From Eledone cirrhosa (lineage: Eukaryota): a stretch of 64,000 nucleotides of DNA. Under the pieces are notes generated by a model. The model saw nothing but the letters and a program-made list of their open reading frames with translations. It was not told where the DNA came from and ran no database searches. A program made the translations under genes and the position numbers. The stretch is from assembly GCA_964016885.1 (NCBI GenBank), contig OZ024740.1:131254001-131318000 (forward strand). The letters run 5' to 3'. Below are positions 50,307 to 64,000 of this stretch, piece by piece; position 1 is the first letter of the stretch, and each line of letters starts with the position of its first letter.

Positions 50307-53300
50307 GTATTACAGTTGCATTTATCTTGCTTTATGTTCATACGAGTTATCACCAAGTCACAACCATTGACCTCAAGATACAACAAAGTCCGCCATGTTC
50401 AAGAAAGAACATACCTATTCACACATGCATCTTTAGTGTTTAGACTTGTGATGTACTTATATTGACAGAATCTTCCTTAGTATATGGGCAGTTCCCATTA
50501 ATACTATCTTTTGTATTTCTCCTATACGCGGTTTTCCTGGGATTTGCGATATGTAATCATTCGACCCCTTAGGTATCATTCCCAGAGCGCCTACAACCAC
50601 TGGTATTGTTTTAGTTCTCAATTCCCACATTTTTCCAATTTCTATCTCCAGGTCCTTATACTTACTCAATTTTTCAAATGTTTTTATAGATACATTCTTG
50701 TCTATTGGAACAGACATATCAATTAGCAGGCATACCCTCTTTTGAAAGTCTTTCAATATTATATCAGGTCTATTTGCATCTATTTTTCGGTCTGTTTGGA
50801 TGCTAAAGTTCCACAAGATTGAGATGTGATCTTTTTCAAGTATGGGAGGTGGTTGATGCTCCCACCAATTCTTTTGATGGGGCAGGTCAAAATGCTTACA
50901 CATTATCCAATGTATGTATTGTGCAGCTCTGTCATGCCTGTTTAGGTATTCGGTTGGAGCTATAGGACTGCACATTGAAATTATATGGTCAATGGTCTCT
51001 GGTTGTTTTCTGCATACACGGCATAATGGGCTGCACCCATTTTTTATTATGTTGGCTTGGTAATTTTTTGTTGGCAGACACTGATCTTGTGCCGATATAA
51101 TCAGTCCTTCAGTCTCCGATTTCAGTCCAGAGGATGCCAACCACTGATGGGTTAAAGTTTTGTCAACATCAGGATTGTTAGCTCGCTCTGGGTATTTTCC
51201 ATACAGAGGCTTTTCTTGCCATTTCTTAGCCAGTTTCTGTAGCAGTTCTTTCTTTGCAGTTACTTTTACCTGCTTTGCTTTTTCTGTGTTTTCCATTTCA
51301 GCAGTAAATGGGACTTCTGAAATTTGTAGTCCATTACTGTATCTTTGTGCATCTTTTGTAATGGAATATGATCTTTTGGTGCTTTCGTGTTTCAAAACGA
51401 GTTTGATCATCCAATCATGTGATTCCCTTAGATATGTGGATAATCCAATTGTTGCAGTTTTCAACGCAATGTCTAACTGGATTAACCCACGTCCTCCTTC
51501 TTTCCTAGGGAGATATATTCTATCTATGTCTGCCTTAGGGTGATGCATTCTGTGCATGGTTAATTTTTTCGGATTTTTGTATCGAGCCTACGGATCTCTG
51601 TGCTTGACCAGTTGATGACATTGTAACTGTAGGTTACTACAGGTATGGCAAGCGTGTTTATGGCATCGATCCTATTCCTTGCTTTCAATTCCGTTCTTAA
51701 GATTGCTCTGACTCTGCGGTAACATTCCTTCCTTATCCTTTCCCTCATTGTCGAGTGCTTGATTCCGTCTCCTTCACAAACACCTAGATATTTGTAAGTT
51801 TTTTCTTGATCAAGCTCTCTTATCACGTTCCCCCGATCAAGATTAATGTCTGAACTCTTCAGCAGCTTTCCTCTGGTGAACGTTGCTTTGGCGCATTTAT
51901 CCAGTCCAAACTCCATTTTAATGTCATCACTGAACTGCTTCACAGTGGATAATAGCCCTTGCAATTGTTCATCATCTTTTGCAAATAGTTTCAGGTCATC
52001 CATGTAGAACAGGTGATTAATGGTTTTGTCATAGACTCTATATCCATGTTTTGTTTCATTGAGCATTTTACTTAATGGTATAAGTGCGATGCAGAATAAA
52101 AGCGGTGATAAAGAGTCACCCTGAAAAATTCCACAATTAATGTTAACTTCTCCAGCTTCCAGTGATTTTGTTTCACTATTCAAAAGGAGTGTCGTTCTCC
52201 ATGTCCTCATACTGAATGACAAAAACCTCCTGACAACGGGGGATATTTTGAAAATCTCTAAACATTTTTCAATCCAACTGTGTGGCAAACTATCGAATGC
52301 TTTTTTTATAATCTATCCAAGCAATCGATAGATTTTTGTGTCTATTATGACAATCTTCCAGTATCATTTTGTTAACCAGAAGCTGATCCTTACAGCCATA
52401 TGAGCCTCGTTTACACCCTTTCTGCTCAATGGGAAATAGGTCATTTGTTATCAGGTGGTCATATGTGTATTCAGTTAGGACTGATGTTAAAATGTTATAC
52501 ATTGTGGTCAAGCAGGTTATCGGTCTGTAATTTTTGGGATTGTTTGTCTCATCATTCTTCGGTAGCAGGAATGTAATGCCGTTAACTAGCCATGATGGTA
52601 TCTTTTCTGGCTCCTTAACTATTTCATTGTAAATTAGGGCTAACAGCTCATGAGACTCTGTGAAGTCATTTATCCAAAAGTTTTGTATTTTGTCTTTTCC
52701 TGGGGATTTCCATTTGCTGGTTTTTCTGAGAGCCAAGCGCAGCTGTTCAACTGTTATATTTTCCCATGTTTGTTCTTCAAGGTGAGCTGTTTCTTTCATT
52801 TGTCTGTCTATCCATGGGGCATGTATGTTATGAACTTTTTCTTCGGCCCAGATCTTTTCCCAGAATTCTTGCACTTCCTCCTTGGGTGGTATTGATTTAG
52901 CAGTTATTGTTGACTTACCAATTTTTCTGTAGAAATTTCTTTGTTTGTTTTTGAACATATTATTGTCCTTATAGAATCTAGATCGTTTTTCAAAGCGCCT
53001 TATACGAGCAGCTTTGGCCGACACTTTTTGCTTGATTGTTTCTATCAGCATGTCTATGTCACATGTTGATCTTATACTGTACTTTTTTTTTCAATTTTCT
53101 AAGTTTAGTTTGTTTAACATGTTCACCTACTTTATAGTTTGTTAAAATTTCTGTCAGATCGGAGAAGGTTTGTTTGGCGATTGATGTTCTCTTGCCAAGT
53201 AGATTTCTTGTGGGAATTCCTTTGTTTTTTCATCTTCACTCCACATAAGTGAGTGGTGACTTTAGCCGATGCATAATAGAGATGATTTAAGTCAGTAATG

Positions 53301-54270
53301 TTTAGTTTGTTTGTGATGATAATGTTTTTGAGAATTATGTTAGTCTTGTGTATTATCTTTTGGTTCTGTTTGGAGTTCTGGATCTTAGGGAGGGTGTCTC
53401 TTTGCCCCATGTCAGATTCTTTCATTTTCATCCATTCGATCATAATTTCATCCTTCAGGTTGGCAAGTTAATTCTCATTCATTTCTTTATCATTTACGAT
53501 CTCATTATTTTCATTTGGAGTTTCATCCTGAGCATGCACTCCCTCCACTTTTTCGATCCTTTCTTTAATTTGTTCTGTTGCCAGTGATTCCGCCCCAACC
53601 CTGGGATTCGAAGTGTTACAGTTTACCTCGTTTTCACTGACACATGCTTCATTTTCCCTTCGCTGACTTTGTGCTACTAGCTTGATCTGATCAATTTCTA
53701 TATCAGTTAGTAACTTTTTTCTTACAATATTTCTTCGTATATTGGCTAGTTTGTTACTGTCAATATAGCCTCTGTATTCAGGATGTTTCTTTTTCCAGTT
53801 GATATATGTCTGTTCTGTATTCGATGTATTTGATGGGTAATACATGGCAGTGTAGAAGGCCTCAAGGAATTCTTTATTATCTTCCCTTGACCATTTTTCT
53901 CTCTTTTTCTTTGGATTTCTTGGTGGTGAGCATGGAGGGCCAACGGTAGGAGTATTCCGGTTATGGGAGGTCTCCAGCTCCGAAGTGATGGGAAGGTTTG
54001 AACCATTAGCTGATTGTTCGACCCCAGTCTGGTTCCTCTCTGAGGGACGCAGCCCTTTTTTACCCGGGTGACGGCCGATCCGGTATGAGATGTTATCATT
54101 AGACATTTACTTTATTTTGTCGCGTTTTATCCTTATCCGCGAAGGGGTAATCATTTCGTGTTACCACTTCTAGAACGAGTGTCAACCAAGACTAGAGGGG
54201 TCGTTCTCCCCTAGAGACATGGCTATTCCCCGCCGGCCGCCATCCCGGTATTTCTTGGTCACGGGCTTTC
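50307..54270 (-). mobile_element. Near full-length R4/Dong-like non-LTR retrotransposon (RT + RLE), frameshifted
   Basis: ORF pieces 53468-54106, 53132-53443, 52290-53051, 51560-52288 and 50457-51557. Motifs NYRPITCL, EQKGC, WIDYKK, GIFQGDSLSPLLF, YMDD, CRVC...H...C, RHD, NRPDI..IDMSVP..K..KY. (TAA)n at the 3' end (50275-50306). Confidence 0.93.
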
Positions 54271-55220
54271 TTTTTGTTGTTTTTTTTAAATTGTTATTAT
54301 CATCAATGGTTCCTTAATGTGAGCATTGCGTGGCTTAAGAATGAAATTATTAATAATTGTCTCCACTCCTGGCACAAGGCCAGCAATCACCCAGTGCATT
54401 ACAATAATATAATATACTTTTTGTTGTAGTTGGCTGTTATTGCTGCTGGCTATGTCGGTGGTGGTGTCGGGGCTTTTTATATTGTTGGTGAGGAAGGGGT
54501 GAGCCAGCAGTCCCATAATTGTTGATGTAGACATTTGGCCGTGGCAAGGTCACCAAGTCAATCTATTTATATCTTTTGCTAGCCTCTCTCTTGTCTAGTG
54601 CTACCGCCACCTTCCCTCTTCTCTCTCAAGTTAACAGGGGAATAGTGTCAGTAGCATTGAATGAGTGGTGGCGGCGATGATGGATGTGGTGGGGTGGTGG
54701 CAGCGGTGGTGTTGTGGTTACTGATATAGTATCTATGAGTTTGTGTTCGTATGTTTAATATATATTTTCATTATATTTTGTGTTGACATATTCCCGTAAA
54801 ATTTGAATTAAACATTTTTTAAAATTTGAGACAATAATAATAGTAATTATGATTATGATGCCGGTGAAATTGCCGTTATCTGGCTGTTATATTTAGTGTG
54901 ATGGGATAGGTAGTGTATCAAGTTTCTGGTGTTGGTGAAATTGAAATTGCCGCTGTTCTATATAGTGTAGACAGAGGGTGTTTGTTCCATTTATAACCAT
55001 TTTCTTTTTTTTTAATACAAAATATATTATACAAAATTGAATATTTGAGCGATACAACAATATAATATGGATCCGAAACTTTATGGGACCTCATTCGGTG
55101 CCTTTATGCAACATTTGTGCTAAGAATTGTTCTTTCACAATTGATTTAAATATGTTAAAAATCAAAAAACTTACGGGAGCAATTTCGTGACGTTCTACCA
55201 CCTCATGCGTCTTCTTCCCC

Positions 55221-55252
<32 letters not shown>

Positions 55253-58200
55253 GAATGCTATGGTTGACGGAGGCTCGGCTCTGTAAGGTACTGTAAATTT
55301 TGAATGCTTTAACTATTGTAAATTGTTTAAAACTTTGACCAACTTGTAGACAAAAACACCCTCCTCCTCGTGAGAGGGGTCTTTCTGCCCGTTATTTGGC
55401 CCTTCGGGGTTAAATAACTGCTTATTGGGGGTTTGTACCGAATATTTATTTTAAACAAAAAAAAAACAACATGGCTACGAAAAAGAATTTGCATAGGTCA
55501 CTCCCACTCATTCCGTCTTCTTCTTCCTCAATCGTCACTACAGCAGAGAGAGGATTGTCTCTCTCCCTCCCTTCTTTAAATGTGTCTCTCTCCCTCCCTT
55601 CTCTTTCGCAAGTGACGAAAGAAAAGAAAAGTCTCGTGCAAAGCATGCAAGGTTTCTCCACGACGACGACGACAGCGACGAAGCAGGTGTGCGGGAAATA
55701 CGAAAACCCAGTTCATTCGTCTGACGTCAGGAATAATAGCAGTATCAGCCGTAATAACAACAGCAACAGTGACAATGAAAACAACAGTATCAGCCGCAAC
55801 AACATCACCAGCAGCATAAACAACAACAGCATTAGCAGCAGCAACACCAACAACAACCACAGCAACAGCGGCGAAGGCAGTAGTCGTAGTATCTGCAGCA
55901 ACAACAAAAGTAACAGCAGCTCTGACGACAACAACAACAACAGCAGCAACGAAAAACCAATCTCATTTGCAGGTATTGCGAAAAACTTGGAAACAATCCT
56001 CATAACGAATGAGGAATTAGAGGAAGCGAAGAAGATGGTGACAAAGAATGGACACCGAGCAATCTGCAAGGCAGCAGAACATTTTTTCGAAACCCAACAG
56101 CACTGTACGGTCACGTACCGTACAGTAAGTACAAAATCCCGTAGGGTGGAAAGAGCCACAGAGGCCCAAATACAAAAAGCCTTGGGGTCCGTGTGGCAGC
56201 GGAAAACGCACATCACCCGAGGATAAATATGCCACCGTAGACGTACTTTTTGCCACACCCCAGGAGGCAAAGGCCCAATCTGTAGTGACCCTAAGGAGCG
56301 AGGAAATGGTGTTGGTGCCCTCCTACTGCGGGCAAAAAATTGTGAGGGTCAAACTGACCCACGCCCCCCCCCCCGGAATGGCCCCTTCTTGGCTGGCCGC
56401 GTCTGTCCTCGTCGGAATCGAGGACAAAACAACTGTACTGCAAGTACAGAAAAAAGTAAGAGAAGATTGGGTCGGCACCTCCATTGAGATGCTAATCCAA
56501 ACCAACCAGGAGTGCATCGAAGCTATCCCGGATGTGATAGACTTCGATAACGGCATTCAACTGCCCATAAGTGTTGAGGGCAAGCGCCCGAAATGCTTTC
56601 GCTGTGGATCGAAGACTCACCTCAGGGCCTTCTGCAACGAGAAGACCCTGAGAAAGGAGAAAACCCCCCTCCTTCCGAATCCGGCTCCACGGCTACCAGC
56701 AACAGGACAAGCGGCAACCAGGAACGATAGGTCCGTGGCACCAATACCCACGCCACGGAAATCAAAAACAGCAGCAGCAGTGGAAATATTAACAACAACA
56801 ACAGCAATACCAAATGCAGCTACAACAGAGACTCCAGTGCAAACATCACCAACAACAACAAGTGAAAGAGTGGAGCTGGTACACCTCCCCGACCTCACAG
56901 AATCAGACATGGAGTGTGAGGTGGGAGAGGGATGGCAAAAGGTCGTAAGAAGGCACAAACGCAGAAGCAGCGCATCGTCGCCTTTGAAAAGGGAGGAAAG
57001 AAATGAGAAAAGAGTAAAGTCTACTGCAAAGAGACCCACAGCAGCAACACCACCAACACCATCACCACCCACACTAGCACTACCATCACCACCGGCGACA
57101 ACCCCACCGCCAACAACACCTTCAACACCACCACCACAAGCACCAACATCGCAAACACAACAACAAAACACACACACCCAGCAACAACGACAAGAAAATA
57201 GCAGAACCACACCCCACCCCCAGAAAAACAAATGCACGGCAATAAATACACACAACAAGAAACTAATGACTTACATAATTGAACACACAGACATTTCACA
57301 ACAGGACTACATAATACCAGCACCAATCAAAACGCCAACTAACATAAGACTGCTAAAAATAGCACAGAAACAATACACAAACATTAAAACGAAATTCCCC
57401 AACGCTGTTGGTGATTTCAGGGACCTAGGAGGAACCATCAATCGAAGAGTATATTCAGACATTCTCTCAGAAGAGCCGACGACCAGCCGAAGGGACGATT
57501 CAACGGTCCCTTCACCAGACGATCAAGTGAAAAGGGATGTAAAAAACCATCCCTCCTCTACCAAAAGTACGGTAAGTGGTCTTTCCCATCTTTTCCACTC
57601 TATTTTAAACATGACCTCACTCAGAATAGGCAGCATAAATGCGCGTGGCTTGGGGTCGTCATGGAAGCAGGGTCACCTGCTCAACGACCTCAGGTCACTA
57701 AACATAGATGTAGTGGCCATCAGCGAGACCAGAATCTCCGAAGCACGGGCCTTCGCACCGATCTTCGGCGGCTTCGATGTGTACGCATCTCCCAGCCGTC
57801 CTGGATCCGGTGGAGGAGTTGCTGTACTTTTTCGGAGAGGTTTGGATCTCGCCATACGGGCCATCTTTCTGGACCCAGAGGGTAAGCTGGTGATGCAAGA
57901 CGTGACCAGCGGAGACGGGAAAGCTTTCAGGCTAGTGCCCGTGTATGTCCCGACAGGAGCAGGGCGGCCTGATTTCTTCCGGCGTCTGGAGACTTTCTTG
58001 GAACGTCCCGCTCTTTAGTGTTAGTGGGCGACTGGAACGGGATCTTAGATGCAGGCTGGGACTGTGTGGAATTAGCGGATAGGGGTGGAGGGTGCAAGAG
58101 CCTCACCAACCTGCTCAGGCGTTTTGAACTGTCTGACAGGTACCGATTGGATTTCCCGAATGTGCCAATGTGGACTTGGACAAATCGCATAGGGTCATCC

Positions 58201-61200
58201 AGATCATATCTAGATAGAGTATTTTGTAGGGAAATAGATAGGTGTAGCATAGGCTGTCCACAATTCAAGATAGTCAGCTACACGGACCACAAATTCGTGA
58301 TCTGTGTGCTTGACTTAGATAGGCTTCATAGACGAGGACCCGACTACTGGAAGCTAAACGCGTCCTTACCAGCGCGCAAGGCCTACAGAGACCGGATTAG
58401 CGAACTAGTTAAGCGGGCGTTGATGGGGGCCATCGTCAACAACAAGTGGTGGTTTGCTCTGAAAAGAGCGATTAGAATAGAATCGATTAGGTTTAGTAGG
58501 GCTTTAGCAATAGAGAAAAATAGAGCAGATGGAGAACTAGTTAGAAAATTAGACGTGGCGCTTAGCAAAGGCATTGCGACCGACGTGCTTGCGGCGAAAT
58601 TGGCCCTTGACCAATTCTTCAATGCAAAGCACGAAGGTTGCGTTGTCAGAGCAAGGGTGCGTGCTCTCAGACACGAGGGGAGGAAAGCCGTTCAATGGGC
58701 CCGAGTGGCGGAGGCGCGTCGTTTCAACAAAGCCACGATCCGGTCTTTGGTGGACCACGACGGGCGCATGCTACTCGATCCCGGGCAAATGTGTGAAGCT
58801 TTTCAGCGACACTTCGCTCAGCTGTTCGGGGGCAGCGGTGGGCCGGGTAGAGGGATGGACTTTAGTGTCTACCTCGACGGACTGCCGTGGCTCTCAGCCA
58901 CTGAGGCGAAGTGTTGCGAAAAGCCGATAACAGCCGCTGAAGTAAGGGAGGCAATGACTGGCTGCACAAGGGGTAAATCGCCTGGTTTGGATGGTCTGCC
59001 CTATGAACTTTACGTACAAATGCCAAACTTGTTCGGAGGCCTCTTGGCGGACGTCTACTGCAACTGGCAACAGAACGGGAGAATTCCCAGCTCTGTGAGC
59101 CGAGGAGCGGTGGCGCTGCTGAGAAAGGATCCGAACAAGGGGGATAACATTGATAATTTTAGGCCCATATCTCTGCTAAACACAGAGTTCAAGATTTTGG
59201 CCAAGGTGCTAGCAAAGAGGTTGGCGCTCGTCGTTGGTGGTCTGGTGGGAGAGGCACAGACATGCGCCATTCCCGACAGATCCATCCACGACAACCTCCA
59301 CCTCATGCGATACATCGTAGAGAGGGTAGATAGGGAACCTGGCACGGGTGGGTCTTTGATCAATTTAGATCAGTCGAAAGCCTTCGATAGGGTCGACCAT
59401 CGTTACCTAGCGGCAGTCCTGAGGGCGGCTGCTTTTGGGCCCGTCTTCAGAGGCTGGATCGCTGCCATGCACAGCGACATCTGCTCTGTGGTGAGAGTGA
59501 ACGGTCACCTGTCGGAACCGTTCAACATCATGCGCTCGGTCCGCCAAGGATGTCCCCTCTCGTCCCTATTGTACGTATTGAGTCTCGAGCCATTACTGCA
59601 CAAACTGGAGACGTTGAGGGGAGTCCCGCGCGAACTAGGATGCGGAAGATCCGTGTCAGCATATGCCGACGATGTCACCGTAGTGGTGTCGGACGCCAAA
59701 CACATCGAGGCGATCGGCACTACACTAAGAGAATACGAAGCGGTGACAGGAGCAATGATCAACCAGGAAAAGTCAGTGGGCCTGCATCTCGGCACCTGGA
59801 GAGGCAGGTCCATGCCGTCCAACAACGTCGTCGGGCACTGGACGGACGGACCGGTTAAATTGCTAGGGGTCTGGTTCGGTCCAGACCTCCAGACGGACAA
59901 AAACTGGGACGAGGTGACGAGCAGGGTGGCTTCTCTCACCTAGAAATGGGCCGAGAGGAAGCTATCCCTGAAAGGTCGAGCGGAGGTGGCTAACGCGTAC
60001 ATCTCGTCCGTCATCTATTACCGCCTGACCGTCGTACCTTGTCCTAAGCCCCGCCTGACTGCGCTGGAGCGTTTGCTCTTTCGCTTCTTGTGGAAGGGAC
60101 ACGCTCCGATGGTCAGGCGGTCCATCTGCTGTCAACACCCGCTACGTGGAGGGCTGGGCATGTCGTGGCTGATGATGCGCAGACACGCGCTCAGGCTACG
60201 ACATCTCCACCTCTTCCTCGACGGTGATCAGGTGTGGTCGCCGTTTGCTAGACACGTTTTTCCCCAGCTCGTCTCCTTGACGGAGCTGCAGTCCTGGGTC
60301 AAGCGAAGACCGAGAGGGAGCGCTTGGAGACTGGAATGTCTTCAGGCGCTCACAGCCCTCGACCAATCGGGCAATGTGATCGGTGGAAACTCCACCTTGG
60401 CGTTCTATAGGGGATTAGTGGAGGGGAAGAGCGACGACGTACTTGGAGTTACTCTAGGCGTCGACGGAAATCAACTAGCCAATCTCTTCGGAAGGACTTT
60501 CGGGCCGGGGCCTATGGACAACTTCCAGAAATCGCTGGCCTGGCAGTGCTACCGGGGTGATTTGCCAGTTCGGGATAAACTTTACAGGCATGGAGGTGCC
60601 GTCAACCGGGCATGTCCGAGATGCGCACAGGGCGACGAAACCGTCCTGCACGCACTCGTCCAGTGTCCGAGCATTGCTGACTTGTGGGTTTATGTCGAAC
60701 ACCTGCTGTCACGTGTAGGACGGATCCAGCTATCAGCTGAGTCCATTGTGAGGATTGCTCCGCCCTCTTCCTTTAGCCGGGAAGGGCAGGCAGTTTTTAT
60801 CTGTCTGGTGGCCATGGCGAAAGAGATAGTATGGTGGACACGTTTGAAAGGGCTGAAGACGAGCACTTACCTCTTCGGTGATGCCCTGATTAACATTTTC
60901 AAATTTCATCTGAAAAGGAAAATCAGGGTAGAGAGGGAAGTGCTCTCTTCCCAGCATTTTGTTGAAAGATGGGTGAGAGAAGCAAGTATGGCCCGAATGA
61001 ATGGGCCTTCTCTGAGTATGTGTCTGTAAATTAAAGGTGGAAAACTGGGTCAGGGCCACTGTGGTCTTTTAATGGGCTTTCTCCACAAATGTCCCTCGGA
61101 AGTCTCCCCCCTATTGGGAAATTTTTCTTTGTTATTTTATTTCTTCCTCTGTTTTTTTACACGCAGAAATGCCCATTTGTACAGTCCTGTATTGTCCTGT

Positions 61201-61250
61201 ACTGTCCTTAATGTCTACTTCATGTAAACCCTTGTGGTTAATAAAGAAAA

Positions 61251-61251
<1 letters not shown>
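55253..61251 (+). mobile_element. Second full-length Tx1-like copy, disrupted, flanked by (TTA)n on both sides
   Basis: Closely similar to 42290-48316. Frameshifts near 56222, 57541 and 57995, and TAG at 59941. (TTA)n at 55221-55252 and 61252-61334. Confidence 0.93.
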
Positions 61252-61337
<86 letters not shown>

Positions 61338-62439
61338 TGTTCTTCTACCCCCAAATCTTACAGGGATGGTCCTGGTGGCAGTGTTTGTAGCACGCCTTCT
61401 AACATGTACTCTAACAAGCAACCATCTCAAATTGATCCGACTGGATCCCTGACTCTAACCTTAACCCTAACCCTAAAATAAACCTGACTGATGGGAATAA
61501 AATACATTAGCATATCCATATTTATGCCATTTACTTATTCAGGTACGATAGAATTTTACAAATCTGTACTCGCTCGATTTTTCAAAAGCGATTTTTTTCT
61601 GGCTGTTTGTTTGCTGAAGGTATACAAGAAGCTATCGAAACGCTTAAAAAAGTGGCGCTCGTTTAGTGATAGCTCCGGTACGTATAAGGAAGAGTTTTAT
61701 AATCCAATCCATACAGCTTGTGGAGCCTAGTTTGTGCGATGTTTGGCAGAGTATTGAAAAGCCAAGGGTTTGTACCATGACTATTCACAAATGTTAAACA
61801 TATACATGGAAATATGTTACACCTTTCTTCGATTTCGTGACAATATTTCTCCGGTGTGTTTATTGTTGGCTAGCATTAATTTAAATATTTAAAAATTTAA
61901 ATATTTATCAAACATGCCATGAATATGTGGTAATTAATCTTCCACATACAAATGAAGGATGAAGCTATAAAAACTGAGAACATCCCATTTTAAAGAGTGA
62001 TCTTTCCAGGGTTCTCTCTATCATCACTGATTTTCCGCTTAATAATAACACTGAGTCACTAAGCACAAATAGGCGAGGAAATAAATACTACAGCATCTGA
62101 CCTAACTATCTCTATATAGGCTATATATGGAGGATCTATAACTGTTAGTGCAGCCAAAAGGCGACTCATGGTATTTTTAGAAACAGTACATGGATTCACA
62201 AAATAAATAGGCATTTAACATTTATCTAGAAAAATGCACCGATATAATTCTAGAGTAAGATTCTGAAATACGCAGAAAAAAAATGACTGCATTTAGAATA
62301 CACCTTTTAAAATCACGTGTAGAAAACTGTACCTCACTTTAGCACAAGAACAAAGCCTTTTCATCAGAAACCACTATAAGTACGTTACGAAGCACAGCAG
62401 AGTATAGAATAAGTGGATGCGGGGAAGAAACAATTAGCC

Positions 62440-62900
62440 TCGTTATATCTGGCTGCCCAGTCTTGGCAAAAAAAGTAATTTATCCAAAGACATGATAGAG
62501 ATGTTATTTACCTACTCTAAAGGTTAGACCAAAATTATAAAATACGAACAACAAAAAGTATATTACAGATATACACCTGAAAACGTGTCAGAGGATGACA
62601 AACCAAGCATTCTCTGAGATATTAAAGAGATATCAAAGACAAGGATATTACAACCAACGCATCGGCTATAATTGTCAAGACCTCAAACAAACAATGTATC
62701 AATCCCAACAGATGAGAATCAATCCACCAAGGAAATGGAGAAACTATCAAAATAAAAAGAAATTGAAATATAAATATCCTGAATGTTGATGATGAAACAG
62801 AAATGACATGAATAATAATAGGTAATCTGGGGTTGATGTGAATAGAAAACAAAAATCAACATAACCAAAACCTCAGACCTTTCAAATATATGCAGTATAG
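62440..62900 (+). pseudogene. Old degraded R4/Dong-like RLE fragment
   Basis: Reads VISGCPVLAKK ... YRYTPENVSEDDKPSIL*D ... VSIPTDENQSTKEMEKLSK*KEIEI ... IIIGNLGL, matching the order of motifs in 50457-51557. Confidence 0.7.
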
Positions 62901-63946
62901 AAAAACAAGCACTGTTACGAACATAACAGGAATATTTCACTAATATGGGAATTGAAATTTCATAATCAACGAATCATTTAAGATATAGTTAAATTTCAGT
63001 TTCAAATAGTGCAAATATTAAAACCTTCAAAATTCATGTAGGGAATTTATTCAATGTATTGAGAAACGATACGTAGAGTACAGGGAATATTTCTTCAATA
63101 TATCATTTCTACAACAGGATGCTATTTCAAAATTAGAAAGTCACATGAAATCCCCATTAATATACGATGGTATAAGAAATCCGTACTGACAATTTATGCT
63201 ATGTGTTACTGATTTCATCAAAACAAGCTCAAATAAATGTAGCTTTTGTAGAATTAAGGAACAGTTACTGCGCGTCTTGTTATCTCCCGCTATAACTGCT
63301 ATTAGTATGGCCCTACAGCATAATTCGACACATGCTAACTGATTTGTAGACTAGTTATTTAACAAGTGCGGTACTTATTCAGGACATATTCCAATGTAGT
63401 TATCTTATATATTTAAATATATTATGTGATCAAATATAATAATTGCCGTGGCTTTCTTCAAATATAGAGCTGTAGCTTATCTAACTGATTCTTCTTTATG
63501 GCTACAATTTAGTAAGTTTAGATACTTGAAAAGATTTAGCTTTCTTGAGATGCATTTATCTGTTAGTTTATAATTAAAAGAATTAAAATTTGAAGGAGTG
63601 TACGATGACAGAATTGATCTATCGTAAATAGATGCAGTTGTCACGTAATATCAGTGCGAAATATATATTTATATGTTTGTAATAGAATAGCCGAATATTT
63701 ACATCAACATATTGTTTCATTATCTGATATCAAATTCATATTAGATTAGTTGTGAACACAAAATGAAACGTGGAATTATTTTTCTAATGAAAAATGGGAA
63801 ATACAAATACATTTATCATGTCTCAGTATGTAAAACATACTTGACTTTTTTGTTGGTACCAGTAGTTATTAAAAGAGTTGTATTGCGTGAGAATTTAGTT
63901 ATTTCGTCTAGAGTACTTGGTAAGACATATAATCGTATATACATTT

Positions 63947-64000
63947 GGCACAAGGCCAGCAATTATCCCAGTGTATTACTAGTACTTTATTTTATCGACC
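63947..64000. repeat. Fragment of a short dispersed repeat (likely the reverse strand of an abundant octopus SINE); similar fragment at 54371-54402
   Basis: GGCACAAGGCCAGCAAT..CCCAGTG.ATTAC occurs at both positions. The family assignment is from recall. Confidence 0.5.

Noticed and set aside
57430-57620. ORF1-ORF2 fusion in Tx1 copy 2 as programmed frameshifting
   Set aside because: It results from one extra A in a homopolymer relative to intact copy 1. The copy has other frameshifts and a stop, so mutation or assembly error is the simpler explanation.
42610-61059. Antisense and alternative-frame ORFs within the Tx1 and Dong elements
   Set aside because: They are shadow ORFs of GC-richer or low-complexity coding sequence with no independent motifs.
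61455-61477. Telomeric (CCCTAA)n repeats
   Set aside because: Only about three imperfect units, too short to indicate a telomere or fusion site.

Overview
AT-rich, microsatellite-laden animal genomic DNA. It is probably cephalopod (Octopus-like), inferred from two tRNA-derived SINEs that resemble octopus SINEs as I recall them. I recognise no host gene; most short ORFs in the track are translations of (TA)n, (CA)n or (TTA)n. The window has two contrasting retroelement zones. (1) About 9-39 kb is a field of (TA)n tracts filled with Penelope-like element (PLE) material: one near-complete degenerate PLE with inverted pseudo-LTRs, a Naiad-type GIY-YIG fragment (a second lies at ~3 kb), and about 11 sequence families of short elements. 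Each of these families carries a minimal type-I hammerhead ribozyme (HHR), roughly 28 copies read by eye, several with the U3:A8 core variant. They occur as tandem arrays (316-bp and 522-bp units, retrozyme-like) and as fold-back palindromes. All seven inverted structures share one polarity, with 3' ends pointing outward. This zone also holds an RTE LINE and an internally deleted RTE derivative with a candidate HDV-like ribozyme. (2) About 42-63 kb is a stack of non-LTR elements at (TTA/TAA)n tracts: two copies of a Tx1-like LINE (one with intact ORF1 and ORF2) and several R4/Dong-like elements. All RNA folds were done by hand and need computational and biochemical confirmation.
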